This document shows positions 1 to 8,629 of a stretch of 64,000 nucleotides of DNA, one piece after another; positions within the stretch are counted from its first letter, which is position 1, and the number at the start of each line of letters is the position of its first letter. The notes under the pieces are model-generated. The model was not told the DNA's origin. It worked only from the letters and a program-made list of their open reading frames with translations, and did no database searches. A program made the position numbers and the translations under genes. The stretch is from NCBI GenBank assembly GCA_044344255.1, contig JBIJDH010000002.1, forward strand, positions 1 to 64,000, given 5' to 3'. The DNA is from Myxococcota bacterium. GTDB lineage: Bacteria > Myxococcota_A > UBA796 > UBA2385.

Positions 1-1
1 C

Positions 2-316
2 GGCGAGCGGCGGGAGCTGCTGCATGAGCTGGTGGACGAGGTGCGCGTCTACCCGGGGCGCATCGAGGTGGCCCTCTACGACGGCACCCACGCCTCGGCG
101 CCCTTGGAGCAGGCGGCGCGGAAGGCGCGCGGCCCCAACGGCGGTGGCGGGAAGGCCACCGGCGAGGTTCACGCGGTTCACGGGGAGGTTCACGCCCCAC
201 AAGCAGGGCGTGAACCGTCACCCGGGACCACCAAGGCGTCTGCCGCGACTGTGAAGTGCGCGCAGCGCGTGGATTGGCTCCCACTCCCAGACTTGAACTG
301 GGGACCCACGGATTAA
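2..316 (+). CDS. C-terminal fragment of a probable large serine recombinase (recombinase family protein), 5'-truncated by the window edge
   Basis: The frame is open from position 2 (GERRELLHELVDEVRVYPGRIEVALY...), which resembles the '(K/R)RELLxxLVDxIxVxxxxIEI' tail of large serine recombinases. The last codons (WLPLPDLNWGPTD*) are the antisense of the tRNA 3' half. The catalytic domain is outside the window. Confidence 0.6.
   Translation, partial: GERRELLHELVDEVRVYPGRIEVALYDGTHASAPLEQAARKARGPNGGGGKATGEVHAVHGEVHAPQAGREPSPGTTKASAATVKCAQRVDWLPLPDLNWGPTD
187..216. repeat. 11-bp perfect inverted repeat GGTTCACGCCC-N8-GGGCGTGAACC, preceded by extra GGTTCACG direct copies
   Basis: GGTTCACG occurs at 166-173, 175-182 and 187-194; the reverse complement CGTGAACC is at 209-216. 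It lies ~60 nt downstream of the tRNA on the minus strand. Confidence 0.7.
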
Positions 317-351
317 CAGTCCGTTGCTCTAACCAACTGAGCTAAGCGGGA
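275..351 (-). tRNA. tRNA-Asn (GTT)
   Basis: The reverse complement reads TCCCGCTTAGCTCAGTTGGTTAGAGCAACGGACTGTTAATCCGTGGGTCCCCAGTTCAAGTCTGGGAGTGGGAGCCA (77 nt), with cloverleaf arms, GTT anticodon, TTC T-loop and encoded CCA. Confidence 0.97.
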
Positions 352-361
352 ATGCGCCGAC

Positions 362-389
362 ATTCTAATGCGCCGTGGGCTCTCGTCAA
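362..389 (-). promoter_or_regulatory. sigma70-type promoter of tRNA-Asn
   Basis: TTGACG-N16-TAGAAT on the minus strand, followed by a GC-rich discriminator, 10 nt before the tRNA 5' end. Confidence 0.75.
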
Positions 390-457
390 GGCGCGCACCC
401 CAAAAACCACCCGCGACGACGCACCCGCGCGGTGCGATCCGGGCGCGGGGTGTGGGT

Positions 458-1090
458 TCAGGGACCCGCCAGGGCCTTGATTTCAGGCTTCTTCGAGCGC
501 TTGAGGCGGCTCTTGACCCGATCCGGGTTGGGACCCTTGTCGAGGGCGAGCTGGGCGAGGGCCAGGGCGGTGTCCAGGGGGAGCGCGTCGAGCTGGGTGA
601 GGATGAGGAGGCCGAAGCCCTCGAGGGCGGGGTCGGTGAGCCAGGCCTCGAGGGTGGGGCGGGCCTCGGCGCTGTGGCCGGTGATGAGGCAGGTGGCGGC
701 CTCCAAGCCCACCCAAGGGGGCATGGAGACGTTGAGGGCCACCCAGGTGAGGTCGGCGACGGGGGTGGGGGAGAGGGCCTCGATCTCGATGCAGGGCGGC
801 CGACCGTCACGCGGGCTGAGCGCCTCGACCATGCGCGCCTGGGTGGGTGAGGCAGCCTGCTCGGCGGCGCTGGCGTCGTCTTCTACACCGGTGGTGGTGG
901 CGGTGGACGAGCCGCTGGTGGCGGGGTCGGAGGGCGGGCGGGCGCTCGGCGGCGCGAGGCCGGCGCCGCTGCGAGGCGCCTCGGCGGAGGCTTGGGAAGA
1001 CGAGGGGGAGGCCTCGCTGCGCTTTGGGCTGCAGGCGACGCCGACGTGCAGGGTGAGGAGAGCGGTGAGGGCAGGGGATGGGCGAGTCAC
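458..1090 (-). CDS. Hypothetical lipoprotein, paralog of 1087..1551
   Basis: Lipobox-like GVAC, a low-complexity linker, then a domain sharing RDGxPPCxxxEALSPTPVADLT...WVGLxAAxCLIT with the neighbouring gene. Start overlaps the neighbour's stop (ATGA). Confidence 0.75.
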   Translation of the reverse strand: MTRPSPALTALLTLHVGVACSPKRSEASPSSSQASAEAPRSGAGLAPPSARPPSDPATSGSSTATTTGVEDDASAAEQAASPTQARMVEALSPRDGRPPCIEIEALSPTPVADLTWVALNVSMPPWVGLEAATCLITGHSAEARPTLEAWLTDPALEGFGLLILTQLDALPLDTALALAQLALDKGPNPDRVKSRLKRSKKPEIKALAGP

Positions 1091-1551
1091 CGGGAGGGCT
1101 CCGTGGCGAGGCGGCGGAGGTTGGGATCGGCGGCGCGGGCCAGCCGGGGCCGGAGCGAGGCGGCGTGGGGGCCGGCGAGGCCGCGGATGGCGAGGTCTTG
1201 GGCGGTGGGTGCCGGCAGGAGGTCGATCTTCTGGACGACCAGCAGCGCGAGGCCCTTGGTGTCGGGCGAGACCATCCAGCGCTGGAGCTGCGGCGTCACG
1301 GCCTCGGCGTGGCGCGTGATCAGGCAGTCGGCGGCGCGGAGGCCCACCCAGCCCGGGCGGGTCACCTCCTCGGCCAGGAGGGTGAGGTCAGCGACGGGGG
1401 TGGGCGAGAGGGCCTCGACCGTCGCGCAGGGCGGAGCGCCGTCTCGGGCGACGAGGGCGTCGTAGAGGGCCTGCTGGCTGGGCGTGAGGGGGGCCGGCTC
1501 GGCGGCGAGGCCGGCGGCGACCGCGAAGAGGAGGAGGGTTGTGTGGTGCAT
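1087..1551 (-). CDS. Hypothetical secreted protein, paralog of 458..1090
   Basis: N-terminal signal peptide (LLLFAVAAGLA) and the shared two-Cys domain. Confidence 0.75.
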   Translation of the reverse strand: MHHTTLLLFAVAAGLAAEPAPLTPSQQALYDALVARDGAPPCATVEALSPTPVADLTLLAEEVTRPGWVGLRAADCLITRHAEAVTPQLQRWMVSPDTKGLALLVVQKIDLLPAPTAQDLAIRGLAGPHAASLRPRLARAADPNLRRLATEPSR

Positions 1552-1594
1552 GGAGGCCCCCGTGGATGGGTTCAGAGGTCCGCGATGGACGGCG

Positions 1595-2737
1595 TCAGAG
1601 GGCGCCGGTGTACCGTTGGGTGACGCCGACCTGCCCGTCGGAGAGCTGCGTCTGCTCGGTGCAGGAGGTCCGGCTGCAGACCGGGTAGGGGAACATCAGG
1701 TTGTCCTCGAGGTCGGACTCGCAGCGGTTCGCGTTTGTACAGCGTTCGGTGTCGTCGAGGGCGTCCCAGTAGTCCCAGGTCATCTCCACTGGATGGAAGA
1801 GCCCGGCGAAGTGGCCAACCTCGTGGGCGATGGTCTCGCCGTAGATCTTGATGTCGGTCTCGTCAAAGCGCCCGTCGCCGCCCGCGTTGGCGAGCCAGGA
1901 GATGACCACGCCGGAGCGGGGGCCGGCCACGAGCGTGCCGGGGATCGAGCCGCTGATGCCGTAGTACTCGATGGAGCCCGAGACGGTGTCGCCGATGATC
2001 ACGGTGACGTCATGATTGTCGCCGCTCTCGCTGGCGTTGGAGAGCAGGTTGTCGGCGTTGGAGGGGTCGGGGAGGTCGGGGTCAATCGAGCTCGAGATGA
2101 AGTCGGCCTCCAGGTTCACCCCGTAGGCGCCCCAGATCTCGCCCCAACGGGTGACGGCCGCCTCGGTGGCCTCGACGACGTCGGGATCTTCGTCCAGCCC
2201 CTCTGCGTAGACGACGAGGGCCCTCACGGTCCCCTCATTGAAGGAGTCATCGGGCTTGATCTGAACGGTGACGTCGATGAACTCACCGGGTAGATAGTAA
2301 TAGTTGCGGTTCAGGACCGCGATGTCAACCGTCCAGGTGCCGGCGGAGAGCTGGGTGTCCTCTTCGCGGACGGGCCAGTTGACGGTGGTGTCGGCCGCGG
2401 CGGCGTAGACGGCCTCGGTCAGGCTCTCGTCGCCGCTGGTCCATTCTTCCCAGTCCAGCACCTTGCTCCCGGAGGGCGCACGGACGCTCTCGACGGCGAG
2501 GAAGCCCTTCTCGGCTTCTCCGTTGACGAGGAAGGCGCCGTCGCCGTCTTCGATGTCGACCTGGATGGTCGCGACGCCGTTGTCGTCAGCGGTGGCGGTG
2601 TAGGTCTGTGTGTACAGACCATCTCCGCTGCGCGAGCCGCCCTTTCCTCCGTCGCCGAGCTTACAACCGACGAAGACGAGGGAGAGCGCCAAGGATCCAG
2701 GGAGGGAGGGCCGGGAGATGTGCGGCGACATGGGCAT
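1595..2737 (-). CDS. Zinc metalloprotease lipoprotein (metzincin, M43/pappalysin-like)
   Basis: Lipobox FVGC, extended Zn motif HEVGHFAGLFH, Met-turn NLMF, and Cys pairs in the catalytic region. Confidence 0.8.
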   Translation of the reverse strand: MPMSPHISRPSLPGSLALSLVFVGCKLGDGGKGGSRSGDGLYTQTYTATADDNGVATIQVDIEDGDGAFLVNGEAEKGFLAVESVRAPSGSKVLDWEEWTSGDESLTEAVYAAAADTTVNWPVREEDTQLSAGTWTVDIAVLNRNYYYLPGEFIDVTVQIKPDDSFNEGTVRALVVYAEGLDEDPDVVEATEAAVTRWGEIWGAYGVNLEADFISSSIDPDLPDPSNADNLLSNASESGDNHDVTVIIGDTVSGSIEYYGISGSIPGTLVAGPRSGVVISWLANAGGDGRFDETDIKIYGETIAHEVGHFAGLFHPVEMTWDYWDALDDTERCTNANRCESDLEDNLMFPYPVCSRTSCTEQTQLSDGQVGVTQRYTGAL

Positions 2738-2845
2738 CCGAGGGCTCGACGGGACCGGGGGCAGGGAGGAGGAGTGTAACCCTGGCTTGGTGAGGAGACG
2801 GCCGCGCGCCGCCTGTGCTTCACCGCCTTGCGCCTGCCCACGCGC

Positions 2846-4006
2846 TCAGCCCCGAGGTCGGCGCGCGGCGGCGGGCGCAGCGGGCGCTGGTGGGAGGGCT
2901 CGGCCGACCTCGGCCTTCGCGCGATCGATGGGCCGCTCGACCACGGCGCCCATGCGGTTCGGGCCGAGGTCATCGATGTCGGGGAGGAAGGGGCCGGGGG
3001 CGCCCGGCACCTGGCCGAGGGGCCAGCGGTCGATGTCGCCGGGGAGCCTCCAGCGCAGGTTGGTGCGGAGGACGAGGAAGCCGATGCGCTCGGCGTCCAG
3101 CGTGCCCGGGGGGCCGACATGGGTGCCGGTGAGCTGGACCACGAAGGGGCGGAGCCGCGGGGATCGAAGCTCGACGCCGGCCCGATATCGCTGCGGGATG
3201 GCGCTCCGGATGCCTCCCTGGGCGTCGCCGAGCAGGGACAGAGCCGGGTGGAGAGCTTGGCGCGCCCCCACCGACCAGCCGCCTTGCCACCGCGGACCGA
3301 TGGGCCGGGTGATGAGGTCGGCCCGGAGGAGGTCCACCCCCACCTGCGTGGACTGCACGAAGCCGGAGGCGGCCAGCGTGTAGTGCGGCTCCGAGGGGCG
3401 CGTCGCGTCGGAGACCATCCGGAAGGCCGTGCCCGTGCGGAAGCTCGGCGGCGGTGGCCCCTGGAGGCCGGCGGCGCGGAGCTCTGAGGGGTCGTCGAGG
3501 TCGTCGGCGGTGGAGCGGGCCGGGTGGACGGGGCTGTCCAGGCGGACGGTGAGCCCCTCCTCAACGCGCCGCATCTCCACGCCGGGGCTGACGGCGGTGT
3601 GTACGATCTGGCGCACCCGCTCGACCCCCTGGTCGCGAGAGAGCACCTCGCGCAGCACCGCCCGGGCCCCGAGCGAGGCGCCGGCGACGGAGAGCTCGAG
3701 CAGGCGGTCCCGCTCTTCGACGCTGAGGGTGGGGGAGGCGCCATCCACCGCAGAGAGGCGCCAATGGATGTCCATGCGGTTGGCGGACTCCCGGAATTGC
3801 GCCGAGGCCATCGGACCCGCCATGGAGGTGGTCATCGCGCGTTGCCACGACAAGCCGGGCTGCTCTCGGACCGGGTGCAGGCCGATCGCGAGTGGCGCGG
3901 CGTACCAGACCGTCGGCGGGCTGGCCGCGGCCGGTGCGTCGAAGACACCGAGCGCGAAGACGCCGAGGGCGAGGGCCGAGCGAGCGAGGCCCGCGACCGC
4001 GTCCAG
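2846..4006 (-). CDS. Hypothetical protein, possibly secreted or outer-membrane beta-strand rich; start uncertain
   Basis: This is the distal half of the 830-aa ORF, with a signal-like segment (LALGVFALGVFDAPAAA) and alternating beta-strand patterns. The only canonical in-frame start outside wzi is ATG 3835; CTG at 4006 is a possible alternative. Confidence 0.55.
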   Translation of the reverse strand: MDAVAGLARSALALGVFALGVFDAPAAASPPTVWYAAPLAIGLHPVREQPGLSWQRAMTTSMAGPMASAQFRESANRMDIHWRLSAVDGASPTLSVEERDRLLELSVAGASLGARAVLREVLSRDQGVERVRQIVHTAVSPGVEMRRVEEGLTVRLDSPVHPARSTADDLDDPSELRAAGLQGPPPPSFRTGTAFRMVSDATRPSEPHYTLAASGFVQSTQVGVDLLRADLITRPIGPRWQGGWSVGARQALHPALSLLGDAQGGIRSAIPQRYRAGVELRSPRLRPFVVQLTGTHVGPPGTLDAERIGFLVLRTNLRWRLPGDIDRWPLGQVPGAPGPFLPDIDDLGPNRMGAVVERPIDRAKAEVGRALPPAPAAPAAARRPRG

Positions 4007-4069
4007 GGCCGAGCGGAGCGCGGCGGGGCGACGGCTGGCCGACGGAGGGGCCCGTGCTACCTTGGGCGG

Positions 4070-5635
4070 ATGTCGCTCGGCGCGCGGGCCCTCGCCGTCC
4101 TCAACTCTGCGCTCCTTTGCCTCGCCGCTTGTGCCCTGGGGGGCCTGCCCGCGCGGGGCGCCCCGACGGACGACCCGACGGTCCGCCTGCTCCAATGGGA
4201 GCTCCGCGCGGGGGCCGTCGACGCGCTCCTCGGCGTGCCCGACCGCTCGCCCCTCGTTCAGGCGAGCTGGCTGTCCGCGATCGAGGCGGACGAAGATCGC
4301 GGGGATGAGGCCGTGCGCGTGGTCCTCGGCGCCGAGCTCGAGGCGGAGCGCCTCGCCCGAGCTGGGGATCGCCCCTGGTCGCGGCCCACGGTGTCCGTTC
4401 GCCCCTTCGGTCGCCTGTCGGCGGGAGGCCTCGCGCCTCCCCTGGCCGGCGGGGACGTGGAGCTCGGCCTCCTCAGCGTCCGCGGGGGCCTCGACGCGCG
4501 AGCCTACCCAGGGCTGCTCGAGCTCGCCGCGCGCCCCGAGCTGGGTCTCGACCTCTCGCCCGCGGCGCCGTCCCCGGTGTCGCCGTCCGTCGCCGTGCGG
4601 GAGGCCTGGGCCGGCCTCCGCGCCCCCACCGGCCCGCAGGGGGAGGTCAGCCTGGGCTTCGGGCTGCGCGACCGTTGGATGGGCCCGGGGCGCTTCGGCA
4701 GCGTGCTCTTGACCGACGCCGCCCGCCCCGCGCCTGCGGGGGCCTTCGCCCTCGGCGGCCGCGTCCCCTTCGTCGGCAGGCTCCGCGGGGAGGCGGGCGC
4801 GGGCTGGCTCGACGGCGAGCGGGGAGACGTCCCGCGGCCGGGATGGCTCTGGATGGATCTCCGCTGGGCGCCGGTCTCGTGGGTGGAGCTCGGCGCGGGG
4901 CGGGTCGCGCTCTTCGGCGGCGAGGGGCGGCCCACCCCCGACATCAGCCAGCTCATCTTGCCCCTCGAGCCGCATGTCTACGATGACCCCGACCAGCTCT
5001 TGCCCGACCAGGACGAGCTCGCCGCCCTGGACGCCCGGCTCCTGCTCCCGATCGCCCGCTGGACCGGCCGCCGCGCTCGCCTCGACGAGCTGCGGGGCGT
5101 CGACATGGTCGAGCTGTACTGGCAATACGGCGGGGAAGACGTCATCGGGCAGCGCACCCTCGGCATACCCTACCCCTCGCTGGCCGGCGTGGGGAACCTC
5201 GTCGGCGGGGAGCTGACCGCAGGGCCCCTCTCGCTCAACGTCGAGCACACGCGGCTCCTCGACGACACCTTCCGATGGTACACCGGGCACCGCGTCTATC
5301 ACGACGGCTTCTATCGGGACGGCCTGCCGATGGGCCACCCGGGCGGCGGCGACATGATCTCCGACGACCTCGCCCTCACCTTCCTCCAGCCGCGCTGGGG
5401 CGTCAGCGCCTCGGGCGGGCGCCGGCTCCGGGTCGGGGGCGTCTCGAAGGCCGGCAGCACGCTCATCACCCTGTCGACGGAGGAGCGGGGCGCGACCGCC
5501 GGGATCGAGGGCTGGCTCCGCGACCGTGAGCTCGGCTGGTGGGTCGCCGGGCTGCAGGTCGAGCAGCGGACGGGCGCTGACTTCATCCCTGGCGCCCGCG
5601 ACCGCTCCCTCCGCCTGACGCTCGGGAGGCGTTGA
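4070..5635 (+). CDS. Capsule assembly Wzi-family outer-membrane protein
   Basis: Signal peptide from ATG 4070. The motif GLRDRWMGPGRFGSVLLTDAARP matches the Wzi 'W(W/M)GPGxxGSLxLSxNAxP' signature, and the C-terminus looks like a beta-barrel. Confidence 0.7.
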   Translation: MSLGARALAVLNSALLCLAACALGGLPARGAPTDDPTVRLLQWELRAGAVDALLGVPDRSPLVQASWLSAIEADEDRGDEAVRVVLGAELEAERLARAGDRPWSRPTVSVRPFGRLSAGGLAPPLAGGDVELGLLSVRGGLDARAYPGLLELAARPELGLDLSPAAPSPVSPSVAVREAWAGLRAPTGPQGEVSLGFGLRDRWMGPGRFGSVLLTDAARPAPAGAFALGGRVPFVGRLRGEAGAGWLDGERGDVPRPGWLWMDLRWAPVSWVELGAGRVALFGGEGRPTPDISQLILPLEPHVYDDPDQLLPDQDELAALDARLLLPIARWTGRRARLDELRGVDMVELYWQYGGEDVIGQRTLGIPYPSLAGVGNLVGGELTAGPLSLNVEHTRLLDDTFRWYTGHRVYHDGFYRDGLPMGHPGGGDMISDDLALTFLQPRWGVSASGGRRLRVGGVSKAGSTLITLSTEERGATAGIEGWLRDRELGWWVAGLQVEQRTGADFIPGARDRSLRLTLGRR

Positions 5636-5682
5636 CCCCGGACGGCGGGCGGTCGGAGACGAGCCCCCCAGGAGGGGCTGGC

Positions 5683-7149
5683 TCAGAGGTCGGAGACCGT
5701 GCCGTCGGGGAAGCTGGCCACGGCGAAGGGGATGTAGTCGTTCTCACCTGAGATGCCCTTCGTGGCCTCCCAGAGCAGCTCGCCGTCGATGTAGACCCTC
5801 ACCGTGACGGCGTTCTCGCCGTTGTAGACGGTGTCGGGGTAGTCGTGGACGTAGACGGAGTAGGCGCCGTCGGCGGGGAGCTCGATGTGGATGTTCTCGG
5901 GGCCGGTGCCGGGGATGTCGTCGAGGTCGAGGGAGGGGTCGTCCTCGCTGGCGCCGGTGACGCCCCAGTCGAGGTCAGAGGTCACACAGTTTCCGTAGAA
6001 GCAGTCATCCGAGGTGGTGAGCGCCCCGCCGGGCGCGAGGAGGTGGAGGTCCATGTCGTCGTGGTCCTCCTGCCACCACATCTCGACCCAGAGCGAGTTG
6101 CTGGTGACGGCCTCGAGGGTGGCGATGCAGGGCGCCGACTCTAGGCCTGCGCTGTTGACCACCACCAGCTCGCCCACGTAGGTGCCGACGAGGTCAGCGG
6201 TGAAGCCGACGCGGTCTCCCTCGCTGGTATCGCCGGGCATCGTGGCCTCGGAGCCGTCCGGCTGATCGATGAGGGTCCAGCGAAACTCGGTGATCGGCTC
6301 GCCGCTCGGGCTGTAGGACTCGCTGCCGAACCAGGTGGCGGTCTCGATCTGGACCTCGATCTCGTCGGGCGCCACCGAGCAGAGGGCGACGGGGGCCGAG
6401 CTCCCCGCTTGGAGGGGCACCTTGCTGGGCGAGCCGAGGGTGTTCGACTCCGCCCAGAGCTCCCCGGGGAACCACCCCTCGGAGAGGGAGGTGAAGCCGA
6501 TCGTGAGGGGGGCCGACGCGCCCGGCTCGAGGGTGATGGGCAAGCTCGGCGCCTCGAGCAGCTCGTAGCCCTCGCCGATGACCGCCAGCGTGTCGACCAC
6601 CAGGGGCGCGGTGCCGGAGTTGACGATCGAGACGAGCTCTTCGCTGGTGGTGCCGAGCACGACCTCGTCGAAGATCACGGGGTTGGGGTCAAAGACGAGG
6701 GCGGGGAAGAGCCCCTCTGCGCTCAGCGAGACCAGGGCCTCCGGCTGGGCGGGGTCGCTGTTCCCGATGACGAGGTGCCCGGAGGACGACAGCGTGGAGG
6801 GGCGGTAGGACAGCCAGAGCTCTGTGCTGGCGTCTGGGCCCAAGCCCTCGCCGGAGCCGGGGTCTGTGAGGGTGAAGCCCTCGGCGCCGTCGAAGCGGGT
6901 GCCGGTGATCTCGAGCGTGCCGATGCCGACGTTGGTGACGGTGACGACGGCCTCGACGGCCTCTCCAGGGGCCACGCCGCCGAGGGCGATGTCGGTGGGG
7001 CTCACCGAGATCACCGGACCGGTGGGCTCCCCCGCGGTGGACTTGATGATCTGGTTCTCGGAGCAGCCGACCAACGCCCCGAGGATGATCGGGAGCAGGT
7101 CGAGGTGCGTTGAGCGGGCGCGGCGGGAGAGGCGGGGACGGGGGCGCAT
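5683..7149 (-). CDS. Lipoprotein with choice-of-anchor-D/ASH-like Ig domains, PKD-like domain and C-terminal YfaP/DUF2135-like domain
   Basis: Lipobox LVGC, repeated 'vtNxGxxxLxI' Ig motifs, and DMDLHL...PSLDLDDIPGTGPENI. Confidence 0.75.
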   Translation of the reverse strand: MRPRPRLSRRARSTHLDLLPIILGALVGCSENQIIKSTAGEPTGPVISVSPTDIALGGVAPGEAVEAVVTVTNVGIGTLEITGTRFDGAEGFTLTDPGSGEGLGPDASTELWLSYRPSTLSSSGHLVIGNSDPAQPEALVSLSAEGLFPALVFDPNPVIFDEVVLGTTSEELVSIVNSGTAPLVVDTLAVIGEGYELLEAPSLPITLEPGASAPLTIGFTSLSEGWFPGELWAESNTLGSPSKVPLQAGSSAPVALCSVAPDEIEVQIETATWFGSESYSPSGEPITEFRWTLIDQPDGSEATMPGDTSEGDRVGFTADLVGTYVGELVVVNSAGLESAPCIATLEAVTSNSLWVEMWWQEDHDDMDLHLLAPGGALTTSDDCFYGNCVTSDLDWGVTGASEDDPSLDLDDIPGTGPENIHIELPADGAYSVYVHDYPDTVYNGENAVTVRVYIDGELLWEATKGISGENDYIPFAVASFPDGTVSDL

Positions 7150-7311
7150 GGTGCTTCCTCACCCACCCTGTAGCGTGCGGCGGCCGCACCTCGCTGTCTC
7201 TTAAGGTAAGGAATTGGTTGATTGGGCGATTTCACACAGTGGGATTGCGCACAGGTGCCCGATGCCCGCCGGCGGCCATCGGGAGACGCGCACGCCGTCG
7301 AGCTTTGAAGT

Positions 7312-7327
7312 TGGCACGATGGTTGCT
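7312..7327 (+). promoter_or_regulatory. sigma-54 (-24/-12) promoter
   Basis: TGGCACG-ATGG-TTGCT is a perfect match to TGGCACG-N4-TTGC(A/T). It lies 28 nt upstream of ATG 7355 (RBS GGAG), downstream of an AT-richer region. Confidence 0.85.
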
Positions 7328-7354
7328 AAAGTGCATCTCCACTTTGGAGCCAAC

Positions 7355-8629
7355 ATGCCTGCCCTGCCCCCCATCCTCCCTCATGTCGTCGTCCTCGGTG
7401 GCGGCTTTGCCGGCCTCGAGACTGCCTTCCTGGTGAACCATCGTATGCGAGGGGAGGTCAACATCACGCTGGTCTCCGATCGGTCGGACTTCACCTTCCG
7501 TCCGAACCTCGTGTATGTGCCCTTCGGCGTCGATCCCTCCAAGCTGGAGATCCCGCTCGGCGAGGCCACGGCGCGGCAGGCGATCACCTTCGTGCATGAT
7601 CGCGCGGTCGAGGTCACTCCGTCCGCCAAGCGCGTCCTGCTGTCGAGCGGCACAGAGCTCACCTACGACAAGCTGGTCATCGCCACAGGCGCGGCGATGG
7701 CCCCAGAAGAGGTCCCCGGGCTGGCCGATCACGCCAGCTCCATCTGGTCGGCCGCGGATCAGCTCGGTCTGCGGGACGTCGTGCATAAGATCACGCAGGA
7801 CGGCGTGTCCGGGCGCAACCGGCGGGTGCTCTTCCTGATCGCGCCGAACAACAAGTTCAGCGCCGTGCTCTACGAGCTCGCCCTGATGCTCGACGCTTGG
7901 CTCACGAAGCACAACGGGCGAGAGACCATCGAGATCACGTTCGCCACCCCCGAGGCGAGCTACCTCGAGGTCTTCGGCGCCCAGATGGACGAGCTCATCA
8001 CCGATGAGTTCTTCCCGCGCGGAATCCGCGGCTTCCGCGCAGAGTCGGCCGTCGAGGTGCTCCCGGGCAAGGTGCGCTTCGCGAGCGGCCGTGTCCTCGA
8101 GTTCGACGATCTCATCGCCTTCCCCGCCCACAAGGCGGCGGTCTCCTACCCGAGCCTCCCCTCGGACGAGCGGGGCTTCCTCCGCTGTGAGCTCGGCTCT
8201 CGGCGGGTGGTCGGCCACCCCGACATCTTCGCGCCGGGCGACTGCGGCGACTTTCCGGTCAAGCAGGCCTTTCTGGCCTTCCTCCAGGCCGATACGGTCG
8301 CCGAGCGGGTCGCCGCGGAGCTGCGCAACCAGCCCTGCAACGCGGCCTTCGACCCGCTCTCGATGTGGGTGCTCGAGACCCTGGACAAGGCCATCTTCGC
8401 CCAGGTCCCCCTCCGCCTGACCGGCGCCCCCGCCTTCCCGGTGGAGCTCGATCGAAGCCGCGAGTCCGAGCTGCGGGTCGGGGTCAGCCCGATGTGGCGT
8501 ATCGGCAAGAAGATGCTCGGCGTCTACATCCCGATGCGCTTCCGGGCGGGTGAGCCCTTCCACGCTGGCACCGCCTGGAAGCTGATGGACGTGGGCATCG
8601 AAGGGATGGCCTCGATCCTCGCCCACTGA
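7355..8629 (+). CDS. FAD-dependent oxidoreductase, sulfide:quinone oxidoreductase-like
   Basis: VVVLGGGFAG Rossmann motif, YDKLVIATGA and IFAPGD FAD motifs. The expected redox Cys positions carry Phe and Trp. Confidence 0.8.
   Translation: MPALPPILPHVVVLGGGFAGLETAFLVNHRMRGEVNITLVSDRSDFTFRPNLVYVPFGVDPSKLEIPLGEATARQAITFVHDRAVEVTPSAKRVLLSSGTELTYDKLVIATGAAMAPEEVPGLADHASSIWSAADQLGLRDVVHKITQDGVSGRNRRVLFLIAPNNKFSAVLYELALMLDAWLTKHNGRETIEITFATPEASYLEVFGAQMDELITDEFFPRGIRGFRAESAVEVLPGKVRFASGRVLEFDDLIAFPAHKAAVSYPSLPSDERGFLRCELGSRRVVGHPDIFAPGDCGDFPVKQAFLAFLQADTVAERVAAELRNQPCNAAFDPLSMWVLETLDKAIFAQVPLRLTGAPAFPVELDRSRESELRVGVSPMWRIGKKMLGVYIPMRFRAGEPFHAGTAWKLMDVGIEGMASILAH

Larger units (their letters stand above)
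1..316. mobile_element. Probable right-hand boundary (att junction) of an element integrated at the 3' end of tRNA-Asn
   Basis: A recombinase-like ORF converges on and overlaps the tRNA 3' end. The other att copy is not visible in this window. Confidence 0.45.

Noticed and set aside
4007..5338. N-terminal half of the 830-aa minus-strand ORF
   Set aside because: It is antisense to the Wzi-like gene. Only the distal part looks like real protein.
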